Notes: generated by a model from the sequence alone, not told the origin. A stretch of 56,013 nucleotides of DNA, filler included, from Bipalium vagum (GCA_037834085.1; 3 parts of 3 records of this genome joined end to end with filler, not necessarily neighbours in it); one strand, 5' to 3'. Positions 39,236 to 52,600 are shown, counted from the first letter of the whole stretch. Translations and numbers: made by a program.

Positions 39236-40570
39236 CTTTCAAGGTCTTTAATATATATAAACAATTACATTTTTATTAAGATTTAAATTTTATTATTGTC
39301 TTATCTGAAATTTGCATTGGAATCTTATATTTTTATGTAATTAATTTTTTAAAATTAGTTATCCCTTAAAACTCATCACAAATATTTTCATTAAAAATTT
39401 TTTTTTAATATTTAGGTCTATTCTACATTTATTAACACATGTATTATTATGATATAAGACTAATACATATTATATATTATTTGATTTATTTTCTCGTTCT
39501 TTTTATTTTTATTTTGCACAACACACTTAAATAAGAATATGTGAAGACTAGACAAAGCATAACAATGAAAAAACATTTGTGACTTCTTATTTTTATACAA
39601 CTGGGTAATGTATGTGTAAAGCTAGAAAAACTTTTTTCTGTATTATAAAAACAAAAATTATATTTTGTTTTAATAAAATTATGAACTTCAGAGAATAAAA
39701 TTATTATTCCTTTACTCTTTCTAAAAAAAACACCAGTAAAATAATATAACAACAACAATAATAATATGTTTCCAATGCATCACTTTTGCAATGACCCAAT
39801 ATTTAAAATATGAAATTTATGTATTATACATTATGTATTATATGTATTATGTATTGTAACTTTTACTACAATTATAATAAGCTTTTTAGATATATTTATT
39901 TAAATATTTATAATAATTAAATTAAAAAATTTAAAAGTTAAAATTGCCAAATCTAAAAAATTGTCTGAAAATGAATCAAAAAAATTATAGAAAAATTATT
40001 CGGATACTTTTTAAAAAATTTGGAATTAAAATTTTTTGAAATAAGAAGTCATGAAATTAACGAAAACCAGACAGATTTTGATTAATTTTAAATATAAACA
40101 TGATTGCTTAATCATAGAAAGTTAAAATGAAGAGAAAATGACCAAAACTCTCAACGTCTACTGGCAATGGGTACTTGGGTCATTAGACAAGTCAAAACCG
40201 GTTAGCTTATAAAAGACTGAACCGCACAGGATTCATTGTTGAATCCCACTGCAATAAATTTACAATCAAAAATCTGAAACAATATCTTAGAAATTTGTTT
40301 GCTCAAAAATAATATTCTTATGACACAAATTGATCCACAAAAAATATATTGTGACAAAACTCAAATGAAAATATCAATTACAAAGTTTCATAGTCAACTT
40401 TCCTTTTATATTGGCCAGCCTACTAACCAAAACTATTCCCTAATTGCGGACTCAATCTAATCTTGAAAATGTCAAATTGTCAAGATTAACGAAAAATTAA
40501 AATTTATTATGTATTTTATTAATTATTATTTAAAATTATATTATTATTATAAATATTATCATTTTTGAAA

Positions 40571-40837
40571 TGTATTATTGTTATTATAACAGGAATGTAC
40601 CTTTGGAATGGGTGGTTTAAATAGGAACGTTACGATAAGCTTGTTGAGTTCTGCTAACAGGGAGAGCGATAAGTGGTGCTTTCGCTTCAGTTTGCGGTTA
40701 CCATTGTGTGAGTGCAATCGTGTGGGTGATTTACATGGACATGTGGATATATGAGTCTGTACAATTGTTTTCGTCCTGCGAGTGTATATAAAGTTTCAGC
40801 TTATTAAATTCAACATCACTCCATCATAGTTTGTACA
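40571..40837 (+). repeat. Candidate solo LTR
   Basis: GC-richer island bounded by TGTA...TACA, with TATATAAA then ATTAAA near the 3' end. No target-site duplication seen. Confidence 0.35.
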
Positions 40838-41848
40838 TTTAAGAAAATTACTGTCTGAAGCAATGTATTAATAATATAAATTTGTATTAAGTATAAACAA
40901 GTACATTTGAATGTTATGCAGCAAATCAAGAAATTTATTTACAAATTTTAATATTTTACAGTTACTCAGTCTCGAGGAAATGGCAGTGTAACAAGTTAAC
41001 GAGTCCAGGCCGACACGAAATCTAAAAGTATCAATGCGGGATAGGGTCGGAACAAACCCAGCTGTGCACCATCGAGATCAAATCGATCACTATTCCCCTA
41101 TTGCAGTAGAATTTTGCCAACGAAAAATCGGAAAAAAAGCGAAAAAAAGAAAAAAAAAACCCACAAGATCATAAAACAAAAGACTAAAATAACTTTTATC
41201 ATTTTTACCATTTTGGTCAGCTGAGAATTATACGAATAAAGAATCTCACCCGTTCAAGCCGTTCTAGACAAGGTATAAACGGCTGGAAAACATCCTTATC
41301 TAAAGAAATCATTCCAATTCTATACCTTGTGGTTGACGGGGATGCAAATACGGCCTCAAGTACGTATTTTTATGCTTAGTTTCTTTTTGGACCCCAGCCG
41401 CGATCCTGCAGTTGTACCCAAGATTGATTGAACCTACGCTGCCATCTCCTTAGGTCAATACCGGCACTGAGCATCTGGATTGAGTCCAAGATCTCAGGAG
41501 CTAGCAGACTTGTCTTGAATCTTAGATTGAGTTCCAAGTATCGAAAGCAATCTTGCACAGTTTGGATCCAGCTTTTTACTATTATTATGTATTTTATTGC
41601 TTTCTTTTTTGCATTTTTACCCTAATTTTTACTATAATATTCAACCTCCCCCTGGCTTAGCTCCTATTCTTAACTCAAATTTTCCTCTTCCACTACTTCC
41701 AGTGATCAATCCATACCTCTACCAAAGATCGAGACCATACGGTACTCCGATCATAAAAATACAATTGATAACGACTTAAAATTTAAAAATGGGTACTGGA
41801 CTACTCACTGGTTATTAATAAACTAGGAAACAGTAGAGATAATAATAA

Positions 41849-41980
41849 NNNNNNNNNNNNNNNNNNNNNNNNNNNNNNNNNNNNNNNNNNNNNNNNNNNN
41901 NNNNNNNNNNNNNNNNNNNNNNNNNNNNNNNNNNNNNNNNNNNNNNNNNNNNNNNNNNNNNNNNNNNNNNNNNNNNNNNN
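41849..41980. other. Assembly gap (132 N)
   Basis: Plain N run with no linker. Confidence 0.95.
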
Positions 41981-44094
41981 GATTAGATTCCGAAAAAGGA
42001 ATAGTGTCATTATTAATATCTTTATCTCTATAATCTCAACGCAATATTCATTTAACTACTTTTCTGATACTTTATCGATTTTTGTGAAGGACAATCAATC
42101 TCTGATACTTTTCTACTGCAATGCCCTTCATGCCTCCTTAAAACAAATGCCTGTTGCCCTACTTCAAATCTGTTAAACAACCTCAAGTGCCCGAAACAAA
42201 AACTCTGCCTTATTTACTCCTTCCTGCATTCTACTTACTCTGTGTTTTCCGAGCTCGAAATTTCAGACTTCTTTCTTTCACTACTGGCAAAGAGATCATC
42301 TATCAAATCCTCATACTTAAATAACCTAACTAACTCTGAAAATCCTATCGAAAACTTAAAAGACATTGACACTTGGCTTTCCTATGACGATCCTAACCTT
42401 CTTGCTAAGTGCATTATAAATAATATGATAATTAAAGCAACCAGGGGAACGGATCTGGATTATCCTCTTGATGAAACATATGAACAGGAATTAATATGTG
42501 AAACACAATACGAGATTCGAACTGCTGAAAAACAGATTGACATTGTAGTTAACACTGAAAATCCCACTTCATACGCTAGTCAAGAAGGCAAGACAGATCA
42601 ATCTACTACTGGAAATAATAACTCTAATAATGATAATCTAAGTAATAATAATGATCTATTTAACGATGAACTAAGTAATATAATATAAGTAATACCTCAT
42701 CCTTGATAATAATAATAATGACTCATCATCACACTCGAATACTGAGGGACGTATCAGTAATAAATAATAAAATCGGTAGTCCCGTTAAAAGGACTAATCA
42801 TAACCCCGATACAGATTGGGATACCGTCAAAGGCATATTCGGTAGTTCTGTAACAGGAACGACAAGAACCTCTGACACCAGCGGAGGGATCTCTGATCCA
42901 AATACTGGAAGTTTACAACTTAATCTTTAAAATTATAATATATTACTATTTATTAGTATTTTTGTTTGTATTATCATTAAATAATCTAATATAAGTTGCT
43001 TTAATATACTATAATGATCATAAATAAATCATTTAATATCTGTCCTAATATATACACATTAATCACATTATCATCAAACCAAATACACCAGATAACATAA
43101 AAATAATAATCTTATAAGTAAAAATGTTTAGTATTAATTATGTATTTTTTACTCTTTAACAGTATCTGTACTTGTATAATCATTTTATATTCTAAATATA
43201 AGTGGATACAATATAATTAATACTATAATAATCATAATCATTTAATATATAATTATCTTATTATCAAATTAAATACCTAAATAACATTAGCTTAAAAATA
43301 ATCTTTAAAAAAAATAAAAATAATCTTATAAGTAAACGATAAGTAAATGATAATGTTAAAGTTACGGCACAACCCATAGTTATTTTTTCAAAAATTATAT
43401 TAATTTTTAAAAATTGTGATGTAGATTGATGTAAAGTATGAATGTAAGAGAGGTAGAAAACTTAACATAAACTGGTTGTATCATAAGAATTTATTTGTGG
43501 GTAACGTTAGGGGTAACGTCTTAAAATATCTAAATTTAACATCCAGAGTGAAAATTTAACAAGGTTTGGTGTCAAATATTTCATATCCATAAATATCAAA
43601 AAATTTTTACAATCAAACACTCATTCGAAATGTTGGGTTTATTCAAATATATATTTATTAAATTGACTAAGACATAACTCTTCATAATAATTGTCTTCCA
43701 TGTGTCTTTCCTAATAGTTCGTTCTCTAAATATGTTCCTCTTAAAATTTTTGATTTCTCTTTTCTTTTGATTTGTCGTTAATTAATTTTTCATTTTGTTT
43801 GATTTTAACCCTTGCACGAAGTATTTTTTGTCATTTCATACTGACATACTCCAGTATTTATATAAATTTATGCTTAGATTTTACATTAAAAAATTTTACC
43901 TTAATTCTATTTTTAAAAAATTTATATTGTTACGCTTTATAATACTATAAAATTTTTCGTAACAATTTAGTCAGATTTAAATTGTCAAAAAATAAAAAAT
44001 GTACCAAAACTCTTGTCGTTTTAGAAGACGATGGGTCCTAGCGTCGTTTGATGAGCCCAAACGGTCTAACAGCGCAGAATCCATCGTTGAACAG

Positions 44095-44541
44095 TTGATT
44101 TTTATGCAAGATGGTACTCCTCAACATTTTGCTATCATTGTTCGTCAATGACTGAATAAGCATTTTCCTGGGAGTTGGTTAGGTCGTCGTGGTCCTCATG
44201 AATGGCCGACCAGAAGTCCTGATTTAACACCCTGTGATTTTTTCCTTTGGGGTTGGTTGAAGGAGAAGGTTTATTCCACCAAACCAAAGATTTTAGAAGA
44301 ACTTGAAGTGCGATTACAAGAAAACCTTTCTGCCATCCATCCAACAAGAGTTCCTACAAAGATCAGTCGATTCGATTCCCGAGAGACTTAGGAACTTACA
44401 GACAAATGCTGGTTCACATTTTAAATTTTAAATAAAACTACATTTTGTGTTTGTTCTTTTTATATTCATTTTTCGTAAAAATAATATTCAGAAAAAAAAT
44501 ATAAGACTTTTACAATAGGGAGTTATTTATCAATCACCCTG
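44095..44541 (+). mobile_element. DD41D (rosa/Visitor-type) Tc1/mariner 3' fragment
   Basis: FMQDGTPQH...WLGRRGPHEWPTRSPDLTPCDFFLWG has exactly 41 residues between the two Asp. Right TIR ends ...caatcaccctg-TA. Confidence 0.85.
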
Positions 44542-44867
44542 TATATTTACATTATTAATTTTTTATGCACATCCACCAGAATGAAGAAAAACTATTTATC
44601 TATGTTTTCATCAATGAAAAGGTTACAGATTTTCAAAATTTACACCTCCACCTTTATCCCTTTTCTTCTTTATCCTGTGCATTTTATTCACTACTTCTTT
44701 TTATGTCTTCGTCAAAAAGTTGAAGTAAAGTAATAAATATTCACTCTACATATTAATATACATATACGTATTAAAGAAAATTTCAGAAAAACAAAACAAT
44801 TATTATCAGAAAAAATAGATTGAACATTTACCAGTTTTCTTTTATCTTTTAATTCACAAATTGTTAT

Positions 44868-45001
44868 TGTTAACTTGTTCAAAGTCCATAAGAAAGTAAA
44901 TAACTACTAAAATTTATTTATTTCAAAAAATTTGAACTTTCATAAAAATCAATAATTAAAACAATTTCAATTATTTATTTTACTGAATTATTAAGATTAC
45001 G
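44868..45001 (-). repeat. 3' LTR of the Gypsy element (about 134 bp)
   Basis: Begins right after the PPT with (C)GTAAT and ends caagttaaCA. The same terminus recurs at 17556. Confidence 0.65.
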
Positions 45002-48000
45002 TATCCCCCTTCAAAGAAATCTCCTCATCCTTTCTACGTTCCTTTCAATCTGCTTACCGTTACTGTTCTGTAGGATGTATCCTCGGTAATGCACCTTTGT
45101 TATCACTTTGTATGGGCCTGATCCTTATTCCGACATTCGGCCTTGACCCATACTTCTTCTCCAACATTGAAACTTTTTCTGGTCTCTGTTTTATCTATGA
45201 ACTTCCCTTTGATTACGTCACTAGTCTGTGGCTCTCAATTTGTTCTTGATATTCTTGTACCAAACACAAATTCAGCTGGACTTGTGATTTCTGCCATTGA
45301 TTTATGACAAATTGATTTCTGTCATGTGGTGTTCATAGCAAATTCGATCTCTTTGAGTATGTCAGACCATTTTCTAATTTATCTCTCTTCTAACCTAGCG
45401 TTCATTAGGTCTCTCAGCATCCGAAAAGTTCTCTCAATTTGACTATTCGGGTTGTGATGGTAAAGACTTAAAAAGCATATCTTCATATTTAGTTTTCCTG
45501 GGAATCCTCTCATGCTTTTTGATTCAAAAACTCTCCCACTGTCCACATGTAGTGGTCTTGGGCATCCAAATCTCAAGATCCATTCATTTAATAAACTTTT
45601 TGAATTGTGTTTTAATCTTGTTTCCCAATTGCAACTAGAACTGCATACTTGCTTCGCTTATCGATTATTCCCAAAACATACCTCTTACGACCGACCGTTT
45701 CTCTCAAAGGGCCACATATGTCCACGTATATATCGGCGAATATCTCAGTGTCTTGAACCGCTATTACTTCCTCTTTCGTCATCGATGTCAAAACTTTATG
45801 TTTTTGACAAGCTCTGCATGACCTGTTTAATCTTAGTTCTAATATCTTTGATCCTTCATCTATCTTCTAGGTATCGGTATACCTCCAAATGTGTTAACTG
45901 ATTATGTGTCTCTCGGATTATTTCCTCTGCTTTTTTTCACTCATCCAATCGCCCGTAAAATCATTGTCTACTGTCATCACATTTAATCTTTTCGTTCGTA
46001 TCTTTTCCAACTTTTCATCCTCGTGTTTTGTCAGGCATTGTCGAACATTCTCTTCTTGATAACATATCTGCGTTGCCATGTAGTTCTCCTTTTCGATATT
46101 CCAATTGTATATCTAAACTACTTAGATAATTTAACCAGTTCTAGAACTATGCCCTTATCGGTTTGTTTGTTTCCAAAATGAATGTGATTGCCTTATGATT
46201 CGTTCTACGTAAGAATCTCCTGCCGTATAGATAATGATTAAAATGTTTGCAAAAATAAAAAATTGCCAGTAATTCTTTTTCGTGTGACACAGTAACCTCT
46301 TTCGTGGCTATTCAGTGAATGTAAGCCATACGATATTACCCTTTCCAGTCCATTTTTATCTATTTGTGCCAATACTGCTCCTATTGCTCCAAAACTAGCG
46401 TCGATGTCCAAAATAAATTTCTTTTGTCGGTCCGGAAAGCTCAGAACAGAACTTGTTGTGAGTGCTACCTTTATGCCTTCAAATGCTTCTTCCGCAGCCT
46501 AATTCCATTCTTACTTTTTGGTATTCATTCCACACATTTTCTCTATTTCCATATTTTTCTCTTTGATCGCATACTCCTTTATAAACTTTCTGTAATAATT
46601 ACATATTCCTAAAAAGCGGCGTAGGCCTTTGACGCACTTTGGTCTGTTGTATGTTGCGATAGCCTATGTCTTTGATGGGTCAGTCTTCACTCCTTCTTTG
46701 TTAATAATATGACCCAAAAATTTGATCTCTTCCCTCAAAAATCTACACTTTTCTCGGTTTATTCGTAGACCTGCGTCTTTAATTCTACCTAAAATCCTGC
46801 GAAAAATTTCATTGTGGGCTGCAATAGATTCCGAAAAGACTAAGATATCATCTAAATATACTACTAATCCTTTAATTTCTCCTGTCACTTTGTTCATGAT
46901 TTCCTGGAATGTACCCGGTGCCACTGTAATGCCAAAAGGCATACGGGTAAAATAAAATTGTCAGCTTTTTGTGGAGAAAGCTGTCTTTTCTTACGATTCT
47001 TTATTTAACTCAACCTAGTAGTACGCAATTCCTAGGTCTGTGGAACTTAAATATTTAGCGCCCCCTTACTGATCCATTAGTTCATCTACGTTAGGCATGG
47101 GTTATGCTGGTCTCTCCGTAATTGAGTTCCATACACATATCAATGGCATATTGCAAGGTGAATGGTATTTCCTTATTATGCCATTCTAATGTAAATTCTG
47201 AACAGCTTCGTTGATTTTAGTTTCCAGATTCATCGGCTGTCTAAAAGGTTTGATATTAATTGGTTTACCTTCGGTTAAAATGTGATGTTTTTTCAGATGA
47301 GTGCAGCCAATGTCCCATTTATTGGCCATGAATGCATCTTCGAACTCATGTATAATTTTCCCTAAAGCTGAATCTTCCTTGATCCCCAATGTCTTCAGTG
47401 CCCTTTGTTTTCTCTCGCCTACCTTTATCGTCCTACCAAATCTTGCTTCAATCCCACAAAAATGTTCTCGGCCATAATCCCCCTCAGGCTGAATTACTTT
47501 TCTGCTCTGACTTTGATAGAAAACAAAACCGAATTGTTTTTGTAACTCAATACCTCCGATGATATCTAGTGTAAACGATTTCACCACAATAAATTTGACC
47601 ATTGCTCACCTGTTGTTAATTTGTACTTCAATCTCGAGCTTGCTCACCGTCTCTAGTCTGGTATTGTTTGCGCATCGCAAATTGTCATCATATCTCTCTA
47701 ATCCCATTCCTCTCAACTGCATTGCAATCCTCTCGCTCATCACGTTGATTCGCGCCCCGGTGTCCAATAAACAATCAAACGTCTGCCCCTGTAATGTTAT
47801 TGTAACACTTGGTCTTTCCTGCAACTTCTCATAGTCTATTATATCGTTTTGCTTCTCATCACTTATTGTCCCCACGTTTTCAAACTTTTTTCTATCAAAA
47901 TTCTCCTTCTTTAGAAAACGATATACTTTCCCTGTCACCTCCTCTTCCATTTTCCTTCTCTCGGCCTCCTGAGGTATCTCACGTAACGTGTTTAATTGAT

Positions 48001-48740
48001 AGCTCCCACTATATCCCCGTCTAGTGAAGCCCTGGCATTTGGGTAGCTGTTATTGTCATCCTCTTTCATTGAATCATCTGTTTCTATTCCATTTATCCTG
48101 GACATCCGTGATTTTTCTTTGTCGACTCTTTCTTCTCTAAATCTCCCACCCGCCTTATGCTACTTCCTGTGATATGAATTTCTAAAACAATCTGACCTGT
48201 ATTATCCTCGCCTCTAAACAAATCGGCTAATGTACCCGATCTTTCCACAGGCAAAACATCATGGAGCATCTCTTTTTGGACAATTCCTAATCATATGACA
48301 AGATTCCCCACATCCCCAGCAATTTATTTGCCTGAATGTAGATCTATCTGTCTGCTTATGTCCCGTATAGTTCTCTTTGACTCATTTCTTCCCTGTGTTT
48401 CGAATCTTTTGTACATTATGGTCGAATTTTGTTTGACTCTGTCTGCCCAGCTCACCCTATCGCTTCTCCTTCTGGGCTCCTGTTGGCTTCGTAACGCATT
48501 TATATGGCTGTTGTTTTTCTTCTCAATATTTTCCAATTTAATCATTAAATTTTCAATTTCATCAACGGTCTTCATTTCACGCATTTCAGTCTTTCTGCTG
48601 ATGTTGTCGTTGTTTATGTAGTGCAAGAGCATTTTTGCAACTAACTCATCTTCTGTTAGCTGGTGTTCCATCACTTTTTTGACTCTCTGTTTAACCTTTT
48701 GAAAAAAACTCTGAATACTCTCTGAACCGCGTCGGTGAGC
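44868..48740 (-). mobile_element. Ty3/Gypsy LTR retrotransposon, 5'-truncated and pseudogenised
   Basis: Order gag (two broken CCHC knuckles at about 48225-48320), protease CLLDTGARINV, RT MPFG...YLDD...FLGH, RNase H DASFGAIGAVL...ELLA, integrase LHVDSGRVFES...IER. Polypurine tract gaagggggata precedes the 3' LTR. Many stops and frameshifts. Confidence 0.93.
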
Positions 48741-49325
48741 TAGATAAGAGTTGCATCAATAAATGCATCGTAATTTATTATTTATTTAAATTTTACACAG
48801 AATATTTAAGAAAAATATTTTATAAATAATTTAATTTCTTTTGATTGTTTATTATTTGAAATGTTTTCATATCTTCTGAAAATTCATATTTGTAAATTAA
48901 ATTTTTATTTTAAAGTTGTTATCATCATTTTAAGTGGAAAGATTTTCATATTTTTCCTCATGAATTACAATAAAAATAAAATGAATGTATATATTTTCAA
49001 AAAATATTATTAATATGAGTTTATGCTGCGAATTTTTTTATTATATAAACATTTTTTTTTCATCTAATATTTGGACAGAATTCGTTATAATTTTTTTAAA
49101 GAAGAATAAATAAAAATAATGATTCTGAACATTATTGGTCTTTCAAGACTTTCTTATTTTGTATAGTATTTAATTTAATATATTACAATTAATATTATGA
49201 TATTATAATTATAATGTAATTAGTTTTTATTAATAACGAATTTTAATGAAAATTTCGTGAAATAAAAATAAAGACAAAAAGTAAGCATAAAGTACAAAAT
49301 ATCAATGAAATTGTTTTAGAAGTGT

Positions 49326-49610
49326 CTATCCAGTTGGAAGGTAAAATGATTTAGTTGAAACTGACTGATTATTTTCCACTTTATTTTGTTTTTCCTTAGA
49401 AATTCCTGAATAAAGATAACTTCCAAAGAATGAGCTGCATCTGCTCAGGGAAATGTTGTGCCAATATTCTCCGATACTTTGATAGGTTGATAAATTTGCA
49501 TCTCCTAATCTTTCTCTTTCCTTATCCAAAATTTTCAAAAAATTGATCAACGAGTTAGAATTCTTGTCCAAATGATCTTCAAGCCAAAATGTTTTTAAAT
49601 TTTCGTTTCC
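49326..49610 (-). CDS. sGC terminal exon
   Basis: ttgtag acceptor; [11 protein letters not shown] (the TYWL motif closing the cyclase domain), then a tail to stop at 49326. Confidence 0.82.
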   Translation of the reverse strand, partial: GNENLKTFWLEDHLDKNSNSLINFLKILDKERERLGDANLSTYQSIGEYWHNISLSRCSSFFGSYLYSGISKEKQNKVENNQSVSTKSFYLPTG

Positions 49611-52600
49611 CTACAAATATTACTTTCATAATTTTAATACAACATACATAATCTATCTCTACTTCTTCATTCTCCAATTCGATAATCTTATAAACTTTAT
49701 AAACTTTAAGTTTAGCTTGTGAGCTAGGACTAATTTGAATTTTTTGCGTCTAAGATGTAATTCTAAAAATTTAGAAATAGATTAATGTTAAGTACTTTTC
49801 CAGTCGATTCCATTTTTGTGGCTATATTGACTGTGTGGCCAAATAAGCAATATCGAGGCATTTTGATTCCTACCACTCCTGCCACAACGGCTCCAGTGTG
49901 TATTCCTTAAGAAGATCAAATTTTGAATTGGAATGAAATAAAAATTATTAATATTAATATAGAATTGATAATATAAGCAGTCTCACCAACTCTTATTTTC
50001 AAAGATTTATACTTTTTGGCCGGGTTCTTAATGCAATTCATTTTTTCAATCATCTCAATTGCCATTTCTGCTATTAAAGGAGCATTGTATTGTGTCGGTA
50101 CGGGACAACCACTGGCTATCATATAAGCATCACCAATTGTCTCTACCTTATAAACTTTATGTCTCTCTGTTAAACTATCAAATACCGAATACATAGAATT
50201 TAACATTTCAACCACTTCCAAAGGTGTAATTTTGCAGCAAATCTTTGTAAATCCAACAACATCACTAAATAAAATAGTGACTTCTTTGAAGGCCTATTTA
50301 AAAAAAATTCTGATTTCTTATAATTAAAATTTTATATGATAAATTTAATAAATAAATCAATGATACACAGTGCTTTAATGAATTATCTGTCTAAGGTTAT
50401 TTATAAAAAATAATTTTAGTTTAAGTGTTATCTAAAATTAATTCATTATTTGAAGATCTTAAATTAGCAATTTAAAAAGAAAGTAAGGTTTAAAGTTTTT
50501 TAAAAGAATTTCTATAATAATATTAAAGAGTGCAATAATTTATTAAATAATTAAAATCATAAAAATCAGTAATTAATATTTTTAAAAAGATCAAGTTTGT
50601 TTAAATATCGGAAAATCAGAAGGCGAATGGAAAAAATCAATTTCATTGAAATTAAAGATTTTCACAACTCCTTGTTACGAGTGAAGACATAATTACTAAC
50701 AATCTACTTAAAGATTGAAAGGATTGTTTTATTATTTTCATTATTTAAATATGACGTGAGCGACAAATATAATCCGATGTTTCAATGTGATATTCATATT
50801 GTTTGGAACTTCTTTTCAGCAAGAAAATATCTTTAAAAATACTTCTGACAAGTCTTAGAAACATAATCAAGAGAACTTTTCATTACGGATTTCCGAAAAA
50901 TCACATTTTTTACATTACAATGTCAATTTTATTATAAACTTTTTTTAAATAAAAAATTAATTTCCCCATATATTTATAATTATAACCAAGGTCTGAAGAT
51001 GTTATGATAACTTTTATATTTTAAGAATTCTTCTTTCAACAATTGGTCAAATTTTTAAATGAATAATTTTTGATGAATTTAAAACATTGAATTACGAATT
51101 ACTTCACATGTATTGACTGATTTTTCTCCATTTCTTAATCTGTTCGCAACAGCTTTGGGAATCATTTGATATAAGAGTTCATCAGATCTTCGCATTTCCA
51201 AGTCTAATTTTTTGAGGCTTTCTTCAAGACGTTTACTTTTTTCGCTTTCCTAAAAATGGGATGCACTTAATTGAAAATTATTCCTCATATTTTTATATAT
51301 TGACCTAAATTTCTTATATTGATTCATAAGTTCGTGCGTTTTTTCTATATAAACTTTAAAAGTAAATTTTAAATATATTATTTGTCTAAATATTAACAAG
51401 TTGCACATCATTTGAAAGCTGAGAAAGGGACGCGTACGTTAATTTAAATTATATTACGTTATATATAGTTTGTATATATATATTTATTTAGAAAAAAAGC
51501 ATGGATAAATTAGCAACCGTATACTTCAGAAATATTACTGGAAGCACAATTTCAGAGCCACAGATGCTGCAAAGAAAATATGTGAATTTGAAGGCGACAA
51601 ATCAGTGTCCTTAAGAACTGCTCAAAAGTGTTTAGGAAAAAAGATCATGTTGTGCGTGTGGTGGAACTTGGAGGGGATTATACACTTCAAAGTACTTCCA
51701 GATGGCCATATCATTACTACTGAGTTATATTTTGCTCAACTCGATCGGATGTACCAATAATTAGCTATAAAATATCCTGCTTTAGTCAACAGAAAGCGGG
51801 TGCTTCTGCAACAGGATAATGCTTGTCCTCATACTGCACGAATAACGAAAAATAAAATTACCCAATTAGAAGGAATTGAAAATTTTCCACACCCTGCATT
51901 CAGTCCAAATCTAGCACCCAGTGATTGCCGATCAATGGCTCATTTCCTTAGAGGACGACGGGTTGAGAATATAGAATAGGTTGAAAATGGATGTCGTGAA
52001 TTTTACCTTTCCATAGATAAAGCATGGTACCGGAATGGCATCGAACAACTTGTCCATAGTTGGATTAAGACAGTTGAACATAATGATCTTTATTTTTCTG
52101 AAGAAAATGTGTTTGATTGGTAGATTCTTATCTCTAAAACATGCATAATATTTTCATAAAAAACGCACGAACTTATGAATCAATCCAATAAATGGATAAA
52201 AATAATATTTTTAATGTTATATAATATTTTATATTATTTATTATATTTTATAATATAATATTTTTTATATCTTTTTTATCATAGAGTAACCAGTTAGTTT
52301 TAAATTAATTTAGGTTTTGAATATTTTAATTTAAAACCAATTATAAACGACATAATTTAGAAAATTAACTATTAAACAATATTTATTTATATAAAAAATA
52401 AAGAAATTATTTTTTGCTTATTTTAAAATCTTTTGTGATCTTAAATCAAAATTATTTAAAATATAAAATATTTCTGAATAAAGTTTTGTTTAAAAAATCC
52501 CCAGGGACATTATTTTCAATAAATCTAAATAAGCAGATATTTTGTTTTATTAATAAAAAATACATTTTATCGTTCCAAAAATTCTTAAAATGTTTTATGT

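Noticed and set aside
45512-48621. Plus-strand ORFs within the Gypsy element
   Set aside because: Antisense to gag-pol, with no motifs.
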